A DNA stretch of 64,000 bases from an uncultured delta proteobacterium (lineage in GTDB: Bacteria > Desulfobacterota > Binatia > Binatales > Binataceae). The stretch lies in the NCBI GenBank assembly GCA_963842085.1, contig CAWJET010000001.1, positions 713,565-777,564 on the forward strand, given 5' to 3'. The notes below the pieces were generated by a model. That model was not told the DNA's origin. It saw only the letters and a program-made list of their open reading frames with translations, and did no database searches. The translations under genes and the position numbers were made by a program. Every line of letters starts with the position of its first letter. Position 1 is the first letter of the stretch. This document shows positions 47,801 through 56,630 of the stretch, piece by piece.

Positions 47801-47987
47801 GACGACGCTGGCCACGGTGGTGGGCCTGATGCCGATGGCGCTCAAGCTGGGTGCCGGCTCGGAAGCCTCCGCCCCGCTCGCGCGCGCGGCCGCGGGCGGA
47901 CTGGCAGTCTCCACGCTGCTGACGCTGTTCCTGGTTCCCGCGCTCTACGAAATATTCTACGGTCGGCAGCAGCAGGTATCCCGATGA
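44859..47987 (+). CDS. RND (HAE1/AcrB-type) efflux transporter permease
   Basis: 1042 aa with 12-TM plus two large periplasmic loops in typical AcrB architecture. ORF 46254..47477(-) is a shadow frame. Confidence 0.9.
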   Translation: MPGFSLRNPHSVIVGALLTIILGVAAFLSMPVDVFPKLDIPVAVVATFYPGMPPLDIEADITTRFERFFTLGSDIEHMESRSLPGVSIIKVFFQPGVDLSAATASLGNLAMADLRHLPPGTLPPLILKSGASSLPVTLVTVSGAGFSEAQLRDQAQYNIRNWIATVRGTSVPPPFGGKYRQIMAYVNRDALQARGLTLMDVVHSLNDANLIIPAGDAKIGSTDYFVYSNSMIENSADINQVPVKVGAGEAPVFVGDVGHAEDAAQIQQNIVRINGQRSVYIPVMKQGHANTIAVVDGVDRVITRIAGLPAGMKVKAIFGQDAYVRAAIESLEHEAASGAVLASLMILIFLGSFRSTVAIFLSIPLSILAGAFGLRMSGASINVMTLGGFALAIGRLVDDSTVVLENINRHLAEGKTPVDAARDGANEVALAVLASTITTIIVFSPVMFLFGVAKSLFSALSLAVVLSMLASYVVAMTVIPVYCAHFLTAEAGREAEEGAGRGFMAAFIRSYDRFAERYERLLDRVLNHKGAVVGAASILFLASLAAFPLLGTELFPRTDAGQFVIQFRAPLGTRIELTEQLAERLENTIRAVIPPAELSTVVSNLGLATGFSSIYSSNAASDSGFVMVALKPDHRVSTWDYVARLKQILPARIPEIRTFFSSGSIIDSVLNFGLAAPIDIQVSGQHYAQLFDLSRKVDARVKGLPQVAGTFIPEESNYPTLRINVDRVKAARLGLSQRDVVTNVITALTSNQMIAPSIWIDPKTGNDYFLTAQYAEDNINSIDTLRDIPVRSSDGDHSRADALMLRNVATITRERHPAEADHYNIQRVVDVLVAPRTDDMGGTLTAVQRALSHLDLPPGTAIAYRGSVEAMQQSFASFGYGLAMAVVLLYLVMVAQFRSFLDPFIIMFAVPMGLIGVVWTLYLTGTTLNIESFMGIIAMVGIVVSNAILLVDFANRRFRGGQELRLAIVESAKIRMRPILMTTLATVVGLMPMALKLGAGSEASAPLARAAAGGLAVSTLLTLFLVPALYEIFYGRQQQVSR

Positions 47988-49126
47988 AGATGATTCCGGG
48001 CCGCATACTGGCGGCGGTTCTGATAGCAGGGGCGGTAACTGGATGCTCGCGTGCGCATAACGATGCGACGCCCGATTTGCGACGCACGGTAGTAGTAGTT
48101 CAGCCGCAGCGCGGCGATATTACCCGCTCGATCACGTTGCCCGGAGATTTGGTCGGTTTTTATCAATCGACCCTCTACGCAAAGGTCACTGGCTATTTGA
48201 AGAGTATCTCGGTCGATAAGGGCGACTGGGTAAAGAAGGGGCAGGCGCTCGCCCAAATCGAGGTTCCCGAACTCCAGCAGAAACTCGCGCGCGCCAAGGC
48301 CGATATGGAAGTCCAGCACCTCACCTATCAGCGGCTCGCGCAGGTCTGGAAGAGCGATCCGCGGCTGGTCGCGCGCCAGGACGTCGATATTGCGCAGGGC
48401 AAGTACCTCGAAGCGAAAGCGGATGTGGACGAGCTCGAGGCGATGGTCTCGTACACTGAAATCATCGCGCCGTTCGACGGTGTCATCACCGGCCGTTTCG
48501 TCGATCCGGGCGCGCTGATCAAGGCCGGCGGAGAGCAGACCACCTCCACTCCTGAGCAGGGCTCCGCGCATCCCAGCAACGGCTCGTCGCCGGTTGTGAG
48601 TCTCGCGCTGATCGACACGATGCGCACCTATGTGTACGTGCCGCAGGACGGGGTCGCAGCGATCAGGCGCGGCATGCCCGCCAGGCTGACGCTGCAGGAT
48701 CTGCCGGGACGCACGTTCGAGGGCACTGTCGCGCGCTACGCCAACTCGCTCGACCTGGGAACGCGCACCATGCTCACTGAGATCGATCTGAAGAACCCCC
48801 GGCATGAGCTCTACCCCGGGATGTACGCGAACGTCACGCTCGAACTCGAGCGGCATCGCGACGCGCTCAAGCTGCCCGAGTCGGCCATCGGCGATTCGTC
48901 CGACGGAAAATACGTAATGATCGCGCAAGACGGGAAGCTGCGGAAACAGGACATAACCGTCGGCATCAACACCGGCAAAAAGGTCGAGATAATCAGCGGT
49001 CTCAGCGGCGGAGAAGCGGTAGTGGCTACTCTCGATCCTTCGATAGTTCCGGACGAAGTAGTCAATGTCGTACAGCAGAAACCCCAGACCGATGAACGAT
49101 CGAACATCGTTGCAGAAACCCACTGA
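47984..49126 (+). CDS. RND efflux periplasmic adaptor (membrane fusion protein)
   Basis: Start MKMIPGRIL overlaps the permease stop (ATGA). Lipoprotein-like GC, coiled-coil hairpin (QQKLARAKADMEV..), beta-barrel and MP domains. Confidence 0.8.
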   Translation: MKMIPGRILAAVLIAGAVTGCSRAHNDATPDLRRTVVVVQPQRGDITRSITLPGDLVGFYQSTLYAKVTGYLKSISVDKGDWVKKGQALAQIEVPELQQKLARAKADMEVQHLTYQRLAQVWKSDPRLVARQDVDIAQGKYLEAKADVDELEAMVSYTEIIAPFDGVITGRFVDPGALIKAGGEQTTSTPEQGSAHPSNGSSPVVSLALIDTMRTYVYVPQDGVAAIRRGMPARLTLQDLPGRTFEGTVARYANSLDLGTRTMLTEIDLKNPRHELYPGMYANVTLELERHRDALKLPESAIGDSSDGKYVMIAQDGKLRKQDITVGINTGKKVEIISGLSGGEAVVATLDPSIVPDEVVNVVQQKPQTDERSNIVAETH

Positions 49127-49142
49127 GTATCGGAGCAATAGT

Positions 49143-50540
49143 ATGTGGAAATCGATTATCCGGTCTGCAGTTGTGTTCGCAGGCTGCCTACTGACTATAG
49201 CCACTCCGCGTTTCGCCGAAGCGCTCGAAACCTTGCAACCCGGCGAGAAACTCACACTCGAGCGCGCAATCGAGCTGACGCTGCACAACCATCCGCGCGG
49301 ACTCGAGATGAAATCCGAGGCTGCTGCCGCGGGCGAGCGCGTGGGAGAGGCGCGCGCAGCGCTGCTTCCGCAGCTGTACGGCGGCGCCGAATACCTGCGC
49401 TCCACGGACAATCCGATTGGAAACACCACCTATCTCAATCCGGGGTTCATTCCGCGCATCACCGGCACGCTGCACGGTGCACCGACGAATGCGGCGCAAA
49501 GCTTTTCGACCTCGACCACCGACAACTATCTTGGAGGAGTAGCGGTGCAGCAGTACCTATTCGACTTCGGACGCGTTCGCGGCCGAATCGAGCAGCGCGA
49601 CGAAGAGGCACACGCGGCCCGGTTTCAGTCGCAGGCAACGGAAATCGATCTCATATTCGAGGCGGCTCAACGCTACTTCGCGTTGTTGGCGGCCGGGCAA
49701 AAGGTAAAGGTCTATCAGAAGGCGATCGAGCAGCGCTCCGAGCAGCTCCATGCCGCGCAGGTCAAAGCCAGCGCCAACCTCACTCCCCAGATCGATGTAC
49801 TCACGGCGCAGGCCGCACTGACGCGTGCGCAAACAGATCTGCTGGAGGCCTCCGACCAGCAGGACATCGCCAGGGTGGCGCTCAACAACACGATGGCGAT
49901 AAGCCGCAACGCACCGAACTACGAGCTGGCCGACGTGCTCACGTACAAGCCGGTTTCAGGAAACCTCGAATCATACTTCACTTCCGCAATCGCTCTGCGT
50001 CCGGACCTGCGCGCGCTCGAAGCCGAAGCGCGGGCGGCTGGTGCGCAAATCGAGCAGGCGCGCAGCGATTACTTTCCCTCGGTCGGAGCAACGGCCGGAT
50101 ACAGCGCGATGGGCACGGGCCTGCCGGCCGCGAATAACTTCAACGCGGGAATAGTTGTGATCTGGCCGATCTTCAATGGCTTCGCGACGCAACATCAGGT
50201 CGAGGAAGCAAAGGCCACCCAGAACGCCATCCGCTACTCGATCGAAGACCTGGAGCTGCGCGTCTGGCTCGACGTAAAGAGCTCGTACCTCGAGCTGCAG
50301 ACCGCGGTGCAGCGAATCCATCAGGCAGAAGCAACGCTGGCCGCGTCTTCGGGGCAGCTCGAACTGGCCGACAAGCGCTACAATGCGGGTCTCGGCAATA
50401 TCATCGAGCTCACCGACGCCGAGCGCTTTTATATCCAGGACGATGCGGCCTACGTCGACGCGCTGTACGCATACTCGGTGGCAAAAGCGACCCTCGATCG
50501 TGTTACCGGCGCGTCGCTCCAGGAGGTTCCCGACAAATGA
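49143..50540 (+). CDS. TolC-family outer membrane efflux protein (OMF)
   Basis: Internal start MWKSIIRSAVVFAGCLL (signal). Duplicated OEP repeat with characteristic LTLERAIELTL / LSLEDLE... helices. Confidence 0.8.
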   Translation: MWKSIIRSAVVFAGCLLTIATPRFAEALETLQPGEKLTLERAIELTLHNHPRGLEMKSEAAAAGERVGEARAALLPQLYGGAEYLRSTDNPIGNTTYLNPGFIPRITGTLHGAPTNAAQSFSTSTTDNYLGGVAVQQYLFDFGRVRGRIEQRDEEAHAARFQSQATEIDLIFEAAQRYFALLAAGQKVKVYQKAIEQRSEQLHAAQVKASANLTPQIDVLTAQAALTRAQTDLLEASDQQDIARVALNNTMAISRNAPNYELADVLTYKPVSGNLESYFTSAIALRPDLRALEAEARAAGAQIEQARSDYFPSVGATAGYSAMGTGLPAANNFNAGIVVIWPIFNGFATQHQVEEAKATQNAIRYSIEDLELRVWLDVKSSYLELQTAVQRIHQAEATLAASSGQLELADKRYNAGLGNIIELTDAERFYIQDDAAYVDALYAYSVAKATLDRVTGASLQEVPDK

Positions 50541-50746
50541 TTACTGAGCTGATTTTGAGATGACGTTCCGTAGCAAAGAAGATCTATTGCGGCCTTTTAT
50601 GATCTGGTGTTGCGCGACACTCGGCCACCTTTGCGCGCGAGTGTGAAAGACGCGGCGGTTCAACATCGATCGCTGGCGTGGAAGTCAATTGAAGAGTTGC
50701 ACGTGAGCATGGCGCCGAAGTAAAGCAACAGACGGAGCCGCGCCAG

Positions 50747-51454
50747 ATGACAGAAAATTTCCTGGTCGAGAAGGACGGTCCGATCACGACGATCACCTTC
50801 AATCGGCCCGAGCGCCGCAATTGCCTCGACGAAAACGTTATCCTTGACTTCGAGCGCCATCTGCATGCCGTCCGCGATGATCGCGAATGCGGCGTGCTCA
50901 TCGTCACCGGCACAGGCACCGCCTTCTGCGCCGGCGCGGACAATGCGATGTTCAGGTCTCCGCCCGGCGCCGCCGTCGATCCCGCCGAGCGTCGCCGCCG
51001 CATGGGCGAGTTCGGCAAACGATGGCCGCGACTGATAGGCCGTGCGTTCGACGTGCTCGCCCATCTCGATCAGATCACGGTTGGCGCAATCAACGGCTAC
51101 GCGGTCGGCGGCGGATGGTCATTCGCGCTCGCATTTGATTTTGCGATCGCCGTCGAGGGTGCGGAGTTCTGGGTACCGGAAGTGGATCTCGACGTCCCGT
51201 ATCGCGGCGCTCCCGCCAGCGTGCTCGCCGCCCGGCTCGGACCGTGGCGTGCGAAGGAAGCGATCCTGATGTGCCGCCATTACAAGGCCGAGGAATTGCT
51301 CGCTATGGGCGCGCTCAACCGCGTCGTCACACGCGACGCACTGATGCCGGCCGCGCGGGAGCTCGCGAAAACGATGGCGGCGAAATCGCGCGACGCGCTC
51401 GCCGCCTCGAAGCGCGACATCAACGCCGTGTTCTTCGGCCCGCGCGCGTTCTAG
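50747..51454 (+). CDS. enoyl-CoA hydratase/isomerase family protein
   Basis: ITFNRPERRNCLD, TGTGTAFCAGAD, INGYAVGGG crotonase motifs. Confidence 0.85.
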   Translation: MTENFLVEKDGPITTITFNRPERRNCLDENVILDFERHLHAVRDDRECGVLIVTGTGTAFCAGADNAMFRSPPGAAVDPAERRRRMGEFGKRWPRLIGRAFDVLAHLDQITVGAINGYAVGGGWSFALAFDFAIAVEGAEFWVPEVDLDVPYRGAPASVLAARLGPWRAKEAILMCRHYKAEELLAMGALNRVVTRDALMPAARELAKTMAAKSRDALAASKRDINAVFFGPRAF

Positions 51455-51457
51455 AGA

Positions 51458-52102
51458 TCAGTAATCGCGCAGCATCCGCATGAAGCCGGGTGCCTCGAGC
51501 GCCGCCTCAAAGTCGCGATAGCGCTTCTCTTCGGTGACGCTGAATCCCGCTTTTTCGTACGCGCGTTGCGCCGCGACGTTGCCGATTAGAAGGGTAAGTT
51601 GCGCGATGCGATGGCCGCGCGCGCGGCCGATATCCAGAATCTCGGCCATCAGCGAATCGGCCAAGCCTCGGCGGCGGAACTCAGGCATCGTCGCGACCGA
51701 CTCGACTACCCATGCGCCCTCGAGCGCGTCGAACGTGCATTGCCATACCGGAGCGGTTCGTTCGGCCGACGCTTTCTCGTCCGCCCGAGTCCAGCCTTTC
51801 TGCCGTTGGACGCTTTTCATCGCCTCCGCCAGCAGTTGCCATCCACCCGCGCGCGGGTCGAAGCCGCACAGCGCCGCGGCTGGACAGCCATCATGCTCGG
51901 CAACGATGAAACTCGAGTAGTGGCATAGCGACACGGGCTCCGTGAGCGCGAGCCGCCGCAAGTAGTCAAGGCAGTCGTTCTCGGAACCGCCGGCAATCAG
52001 GTCCCACACTCCCCGGCGCAGATGTCCCCGCGACGCGAGCATCATCACTCGCGCGAGGAACTCTGCGTCATCCGCCCTGCCGCGACGAACTTTTGCACTC
52101 AT
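51458..52102 (-). CDS. GNAT-family N-acetyltransferase
   Basis: Motif A ..VATMPEFRRRGLADSLMAEIL.. and motif B. Start at MSAKVRR (52102). The ORF-track N-terminal 35 aa are low-complexity and rejected. Confidence 0.7.
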   Translation of the reverse strand: MSAKVRRGRADDAEFLARVMMLASRGHLRRGVWDLIAGGSENDCLDYLRRLALTEPVSLCHYSSFIVAEHDGCPAAALCGFDPRAGGWQLLAEAMKSVQRQKGWTRADEKASAERTAPVWQCTFDALEGAWVVESVATMPEFRRRGLADSLMAEILDIGRARGHRIAQLTLLIGNVAAQRAYEKAGFSVTEEKRYRDFEAALEAPGFMRMLRDY

Positions 52103-52262
52103 TGCTCCGATGGCATCGCGCGCCACTCGCGATTCTAGGATTTCATCCAGTCGCGCGCCAACGTCGCACCCCTGCATACCGTTCCGCGCGTTCCTTGTTT
52201 GAGGCACGCTTATCGGCTAAGTCCAAATCACCCAGACGTATTCTCGCAGTGAGGAAATTCAG

Positions 52263-53288
52263 ATGGCAGAGTTGAAGAATCGGCAATGGCTGCTGGCGGC
52301 GCGTCCGACTGGAATGATCAAGGAGAGTGATTTCCGATGGAACGAAACGATCGTCCCCGCGCTGAACGATGGCCAGGTCCTGGTGCGCAACCTCGCCTTC
52401 TCATTCGATCCCACGCAGCGCGGCTGGATGTCGAGGGACACCTACATGCCGGCGATTCCGCTCGGCCAGACGATGAAGGCAGGCACAGTGGGTCAGGTGG
52501 TCGATTCCCTGCGTCCCGGATTTGCCAAGGGCGATCTGGTGCAGGGGCTCTTCGGATGGGAGGACTACACGGTCAACGGCGGCGAGGGCTTGTTGGGACT
52601 GCAGAAGCTGCCGCGCGGCACCGACCCTATCCTGGCGCTGTCGCTGCTCGGAACGACCGGCCTCACGGCCTACTTCGGCACGCTCGCGGTCGGCCAGGCA
52701 AAGGCCGGCGACACGTTCGTAGTCTCGGGCGCAGCGGGCGCAACCGGTTCCGTGTCCGGGATGATAGCCAAGATCAAGGGATGCCGCGTAGTTGGTATCG
52801 CCGGAGGACTCCAGAAGTGCGAATGGCTATTGAAAGAGGCAGGCTTCGACGCCGCGATTGACTATAAGAATGAGAATGTAGGTCAGGCGCTGACTAGGCA
52901 CTGCCCCAAGGGCATTGACGTGTATTTCGACAACGTCGGCGGCGAGATCCTCGATCACGCGCTCGCGCGACTGGCCAACGGCGCGCGCGTCGTGCTGTGC
53001 GGCGCAATTTCGCAGTACAACGACCTCGGCACGAAACTGCCGACCGGCCCGCGCAACTATTTCAACCTGATAATGCGCGGCGCGCGAATGGAAGGCTTCC
53101 TGGTGTTCCAATTCGCCAAGCGCTACCCCGAAGCGATAGCCGAGATGTCGAAGTGGTACGCGGAAGGCAAGCTCAAGAACCAGGTCGATCTGCAGCACGG
53201 ACTCGAGAACGCGCCAAAGACGATCATCCGCCTCTTCACCGGCGCAAACTTCGGCAAGCAGTTGCTGAAGCTTGCCGACCCGCAGTAG
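52263..53288 (+). CDS. NADP-dependent oxidoreductase, medium-chain (zinc-independent) dehydrogenase/reductase family (YncB/prostaglandin-reductase-like)
   Basis: ..GDTFVVSGAAGATGSVSGMIAKIKGCRVVGIAGG.. cofactor motif and N-terminal GroES-like fold. Confidence 0.85.
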   Translation: MAELKNRQWLLAARPTGMIKESDFRWNETIVPALNDGQVLVRNLAFSFDPTQRGWMSRDTYMPAIPLGQTMKAGTVGQVVDSLRPGFAKGDLVQGLFGWEDYTVNGGEGLLGLQKLPRGTDPILALSLLGTTGLTAYFGTLAVGQAKAGDTFVVSGAAGATGSVSGMIAKIKGCRVVGIAGGLQKCEWLLKEAGFDAAIDYKNENVGQALTRHCPKGIDVYFDNVGGEILDHALARLANGARVVLCGAISQYNDLGTKLPTGPRNYFNLIMRGARMEGFLVFQFAKRYPEAIAEMSKWYAEGKLKNQVDLQHGLENAPKTIIRLFTGANFGKQLLKLADPQ

Positions 53289-53345
53289 TGAGCGAGTGTC
53301 GAATGTTGTTCCGGAACGCGCATGCTTCCATAGCCACCCTTCGTA

Positions 53346-54617
53346 CTATCTCAGAAACGCGTGGAATTCGTTAGGCACTTTTATTTCCGACGTTTTCCGT
53401 CTGCCGTTGACTGCGTTATAGGAAACCAGCCGTTTGTCTTCGACGAGCAGAATCTCTTGGTCGTTGACCCAGCCCACCAGCCCGGCGTGCGGAATGGTGG
53501 CTGTTCGCTTGGGAGAATCGTCCAGTCTTAAGACTTCGACAGTGGGCAGTTGTGCGAGCGACCGCTTGATTCGAGAAAGCTGCTCGGCGTTGACCTCGCC
53601 TGAGTCCGAAAGACGAAGCTCGGCGCCGGGTTCGCTCGTAGCGGTCACTGTCAAGGCAGCCAGAGTAGAGTCAGGAGACAGTTTGGCATTGGCAGTGAAG
53701 AAGCTGACGTCGTAATCGCGATTGTGGTACTGCTGGAACTCGTCAAACAGGAGCAGCGTCTTCCCGTTCTTCGTCAGCAACGTTTGGTCGTCGCTCTCGT
53801 TAACCCAGCCGCAGCAGCCGCTGTCGGGAATAGCCTCGATCAACGCGATTCCGCGGCCGTCCGATGAGGAATCCAGAACTCGCTGCACTGCGCGAGGAAG
53901 TGCGGTTTCGGACCAACCGCCGGCGGAGGTGCGATATAGGAAGCTTGCCTGATATCGAGGTTGAATCTGTCCCGGTATCCAGTTGGTGACGATGAAGTGA
54001 TCGTCGAAACCACTATCTGGAAGCCAGTAGCTGGCTTCGGGGCAAGTCTCCGAGCAAACGGCGGTTTCGCACTTGCAGGGCGGAAAAGTGTTAGTTGCGA
54101 TGTCTTCCCTGTGTTGCTCCGACAAGTCTGTTTGCCACGCGCGGAAGATTGTCTGGGTCGAGATATCCTGCGCCAGGTCCGGTGTCTGCAAAGTCCTGCG
54201 GAGGTTTTCAAACCAGAAAAGATGGGCGCCATCCGCCGCGAGAAAACATCGGGGTATCGCCGACGAGACGAGCACATTTACTCCGTTCCGGGCATGGCTA
54301 TTGACAATTGGGCGGTTCAGAAACTTCGCCGATGACCCGTCCCAGAACCACACCTTGGGCGCGGACAACTCGTGAACGAAGCCGTCGGGTTCTCGAACAG
54401 TGGTCTGCAGAAACAGCATCTGCCCTTTACCGTTTATCTGCAGATCCTGGGGAGACTGAAAACTGTCAGCCGGGACTTGGTGTGAACTCTTGCGCACAAA
54501 TGTGCTCGGGTCGTACTCCACAATCGCATCGGGCTCCTGCAATACCCAAAGCCTTTTGGCGGGTTGCGGATTGGCCAACAAGCTCACGCACAGAAGGGAA
54601 AGCACCAGCTTTGTCAT
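53346..54617 (-). CDS. hypothetical secreted Cys-rich protein
   Basis: Start MTKLVLSLLCVSLLANP (signal peptide). 423 aa with several CxC/CC pairs (PPCKCETAVCSETCPEAS, DSGCCGW) and no family recognised. The upstream 196 codons of ORF 53346..55205 overlap the PhyH gene in another frame and are rejected. Confidence 0.55.
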   Translation of the reverse strand: MTKLVLSLLCVSLLANPQPAKRLWVLQEPDAIVEYDPSTFVRKSSHQVPADSFQSPQDLQINGKGQMLFLQTTVREPDGFVHELSAPKVWFWDGSSAKFLNRPIVNSHARNGVNVLVSSAIPRCFLAADGAHLFWFENLRRTLQTPDLAQDISTQTIFRAWQTDLSEQHREDIATNTFPPCKCETAVCSETCPEASYWLPDSGFDDHFIVTNWIPGQIQPRYQASFLYRTSAGGWSETALPRAVQRVLDSSSDGRGIALIEAIPDSGCCGWVNESDDQTLLTKNGKTLLLFDEFQQYHNRDYDVSFFTANAKLSPDSTLAALTVTATSEPGAELRLSDSGEVNAEQLSRIKRSLAQLPTVEVLRLDDSPKRTATIPHAGLVGWVNDQEILLVEDKRLVSYNAVNGRRKTSEIKVPNEFHAFLR

Positions 54618-54679
54618 TGTCTGGAAAGAGTGCTGTCGTGCTGTCTTCTGGACCCCGAATGCCCCTTTTGGACTCTCGC

Positions 54680-55567
54680 TTACTTTTGGCTCGATCCTTG
54701 CGCCTGAGTAGTCAGGAAGCTGGTTGATTCCTGGGTCTCCAGCACTGGGCGGAAGCCGGTGCGGGCCAGATCGGGCCGCACTACCTCGATCGGATCTCGC
54801 GTATCGTCCACATAGCCGAGTGCGTATGCGCCCAGCCTGTAGCCCATCAGTCTCAGCAGGTCGACCGGGAGTGTGCGCGCGATCTCGAGCGGTACTGACA
54901 GATACTGGTTCTCTTCCTGGCGCAGCCACGACACATTGTAAGTGATGTTGATTCCGGTGCGGATTTCTTTGGAGCGGTTCGCGCCGCCGCCGTGGTAGAT
55001 GCTGCCGGTGTAAAACAGCACCGACCCTTTGGTCATCTCGGCCGGCTCGGTGTCGGCTTCGGTGAATCGGAGGCGATCGTCGAAACGATTGCTGCCGGGA
55101 ATGACGCGGGTCGCGCCGTTTTCCGCGGTGAAGTCGGTCATCGCCCAGATTGTATTGCACTGGACTTCGTAGCCGCGCGGGAACGGGAAGAAATCGAACG
55201 CCCACTGGTCGCGATGTATCGTCTGGGCCGGTTCGCCGGGACCGATCGCGATTATCTGCGTGAGATGCAACTGAAAGCTAGTCGCATGACTCAGCAGTTT
55301 GCCGACCGCGCCGAGCACCGTAGGATTCATCACGAGCTCGCGGCACTTTGGCGAACGCGCGATCAGTCCGCCGGTTCTGCGCGTGCGGCGGCCGCTGAAA
55401 TCGTCGGGGCCAAACGGCGTGGCGTCAGTGAAGGGACGCAGCTCTTGCGCAACTTCGTCCATGACTTCGGGGCGCACGACTCGATCGACGACGACGCATC
55501 CGTCCTCGCCCAGGGCGGCGCAGATCTCATCAGCCGAAGCCGAGGCCGGCAGATGTTTGATGCTCAT
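54680..55567 (-). CDS. phytanoyl-CoA dioxygenase (PhyH) family Fe(II)/2-oxoglutarate-dependent oxygenase
   Basis: Start MSIKHLPASASADEICAAL. HxD...H pattern (IHRDQW..., ..IYHGGGANRS) typical of PhyH. Confidence 0.65.
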   Translation of the reverse strand: MSIKHLPASASADEICAALGEDGCVVVDRVVRPEVMDEVAQELRPFTDATPFGPDDFSGRRTRRTGGLIARSPKCRELVMNPTVLGAVGKLLSHATSFQLHLTQIIAIGPGEPAQTIHRDQWAFDFFPFPRGYEVQCNTIWAMTDFTAENGATRVIPGSNRFDDRLRFTEADTEPAEMTKGSVLFYTGSIYHGGGANRSKEIRTGINITYNVSWLRQEENQYLSVPLEIARTLPVDLLRLMGYRLGAYALGYVDDTRDPIEVVRPDLARTGFRPVLETQESTSFLTTQAQGSSQK

Positions 55568-55616
55568 GAATTTTGCTCCACTGGAAATTCTACCAACCAA
55601 CACCCATTGAATGCGA

Positions 55617-56471
55617 TCAGTCGTCGCGGCGCGGGCCGGCCTGCATGAAGGCGATCGCGACTCCGTCGAGCGGCTCGACGATTCGCGCGATCTGCCCGCC
55701 CTGAATCGCGAGCTTGGGCTCGGTCGCCTGCAGGCCATTCGCGCGCGCCGTCGCGACTGCGCGGGCGACGTCCGAGCACATCAGCGCAAGGCCCCAACAT
55801 CCGGGACGTCCGCGCGCCGGTCCCACGACTTCGAGCACGGTCTGCTCGAGCTTGAAGAACGCCTGTCGCGCCCCGTTGCCAACTTCACGGATTCGCTTGC
55901 AGGGGACGCCGAGCGCCTCGTTGGCGGCGATCGCGTCGTCCAGCACCGGAGTCATCACGACGATGTGCTCGAGATACTCGACGCTGTTCGCGTTGGCGCC
56001 GCAAAGCTGTGCGAGCGACTGGCGGCGCGACTCGATGTCGAGATTGACCGGAGCGGATGCAGTAACGACGCCCGGCAGTCCCGAAGAAAGCATCGCAGCT
56101 TTGATGGAGGGTTCCGACAACCCCGGCAGCAGAATCGATTCGCGCTCATCCGCGGCGGACGCACCCTTCGCACCCCAGACCCATCCGATGATGCCGCCGG
56201 CACCGCCATTCTCCATGGCTTCGCGCAAAGACGCAGCCAAGGGCGACCTGGATTCGGCAGAATGGATCGCGCAGAGATCTATTTCCACCGCGCCTGCTGC
56301 CAGCCGAGCGAAACGGACACCGTCGCCGTCGAAATCCTCGGGCGCGATGGCGAACCCGGCGCGTCGCCAGTTTTGGAGCGACGCAGGCAACTCGCGCACG
56401 GCGATGATGACTCTTTCGACGCAAAGTATGCCCACTTTCTGTAACCTTTCGCCGAGGGTATCGTCACACAC
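55617..56471 (-). CDS. two-domain VOC (glyoxalase-like) family protein
   Basis: 284 aa with duplicated betaalphabetabetabeta modules. Weak family-level call. Confidence 0.5.
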   Translation of the reverse strand: MCDDTLGERLQKVGILCVERVIIAVRELPASLQNWRRAGFAIAPEDFDGDGVRFARLAAGAVEIDLCAIHSAESRSPLAASLREAMENGGAGGIIGWVWGAKGASAADERESILLPGLSEPSIKAAMLSSGLPGVVTASAPVNLDIESRRQSLAQLCGANANSVEYLEHIVVMTPVLDDAIAANEALGVPCKRIREVGNGARQAFFKLEQTVLEVVGPARGRPGCWGLALMCSDVARAVATARANGLQATEPKLAIQGGQIARIVEPLDGVAIAFMQAGPRRDD

Positions 56472-56630
56472 TCCCGGATGCCAGAAGCCGAATTACGCTT
56501 GGCTATACGTGCAAGGCGCTTTATTTGTGTCATCCTAGCCGCGATAATCGACGTTCAAACGTCTATACTCATGTCGTAACAGGCTGTAGTATTCTATGAC
56601 CATTATGAAGCGGCTGAAAAGGGGAACTCG

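Noticed and set aside
46254-49429. Long antisense ORFs 46254..47477 and 47957..49429
   Set aside because: These are shadow frames opposite the RND permease and adaptor genes.
53346-55205. 619-aa version of the secreted protein ORF
   Set aside because: The N-terminal 196 codons overlap the PhyH gene in another frame and are Arg/His-rich junk. The true start is the signal-peptide Met at 54617.
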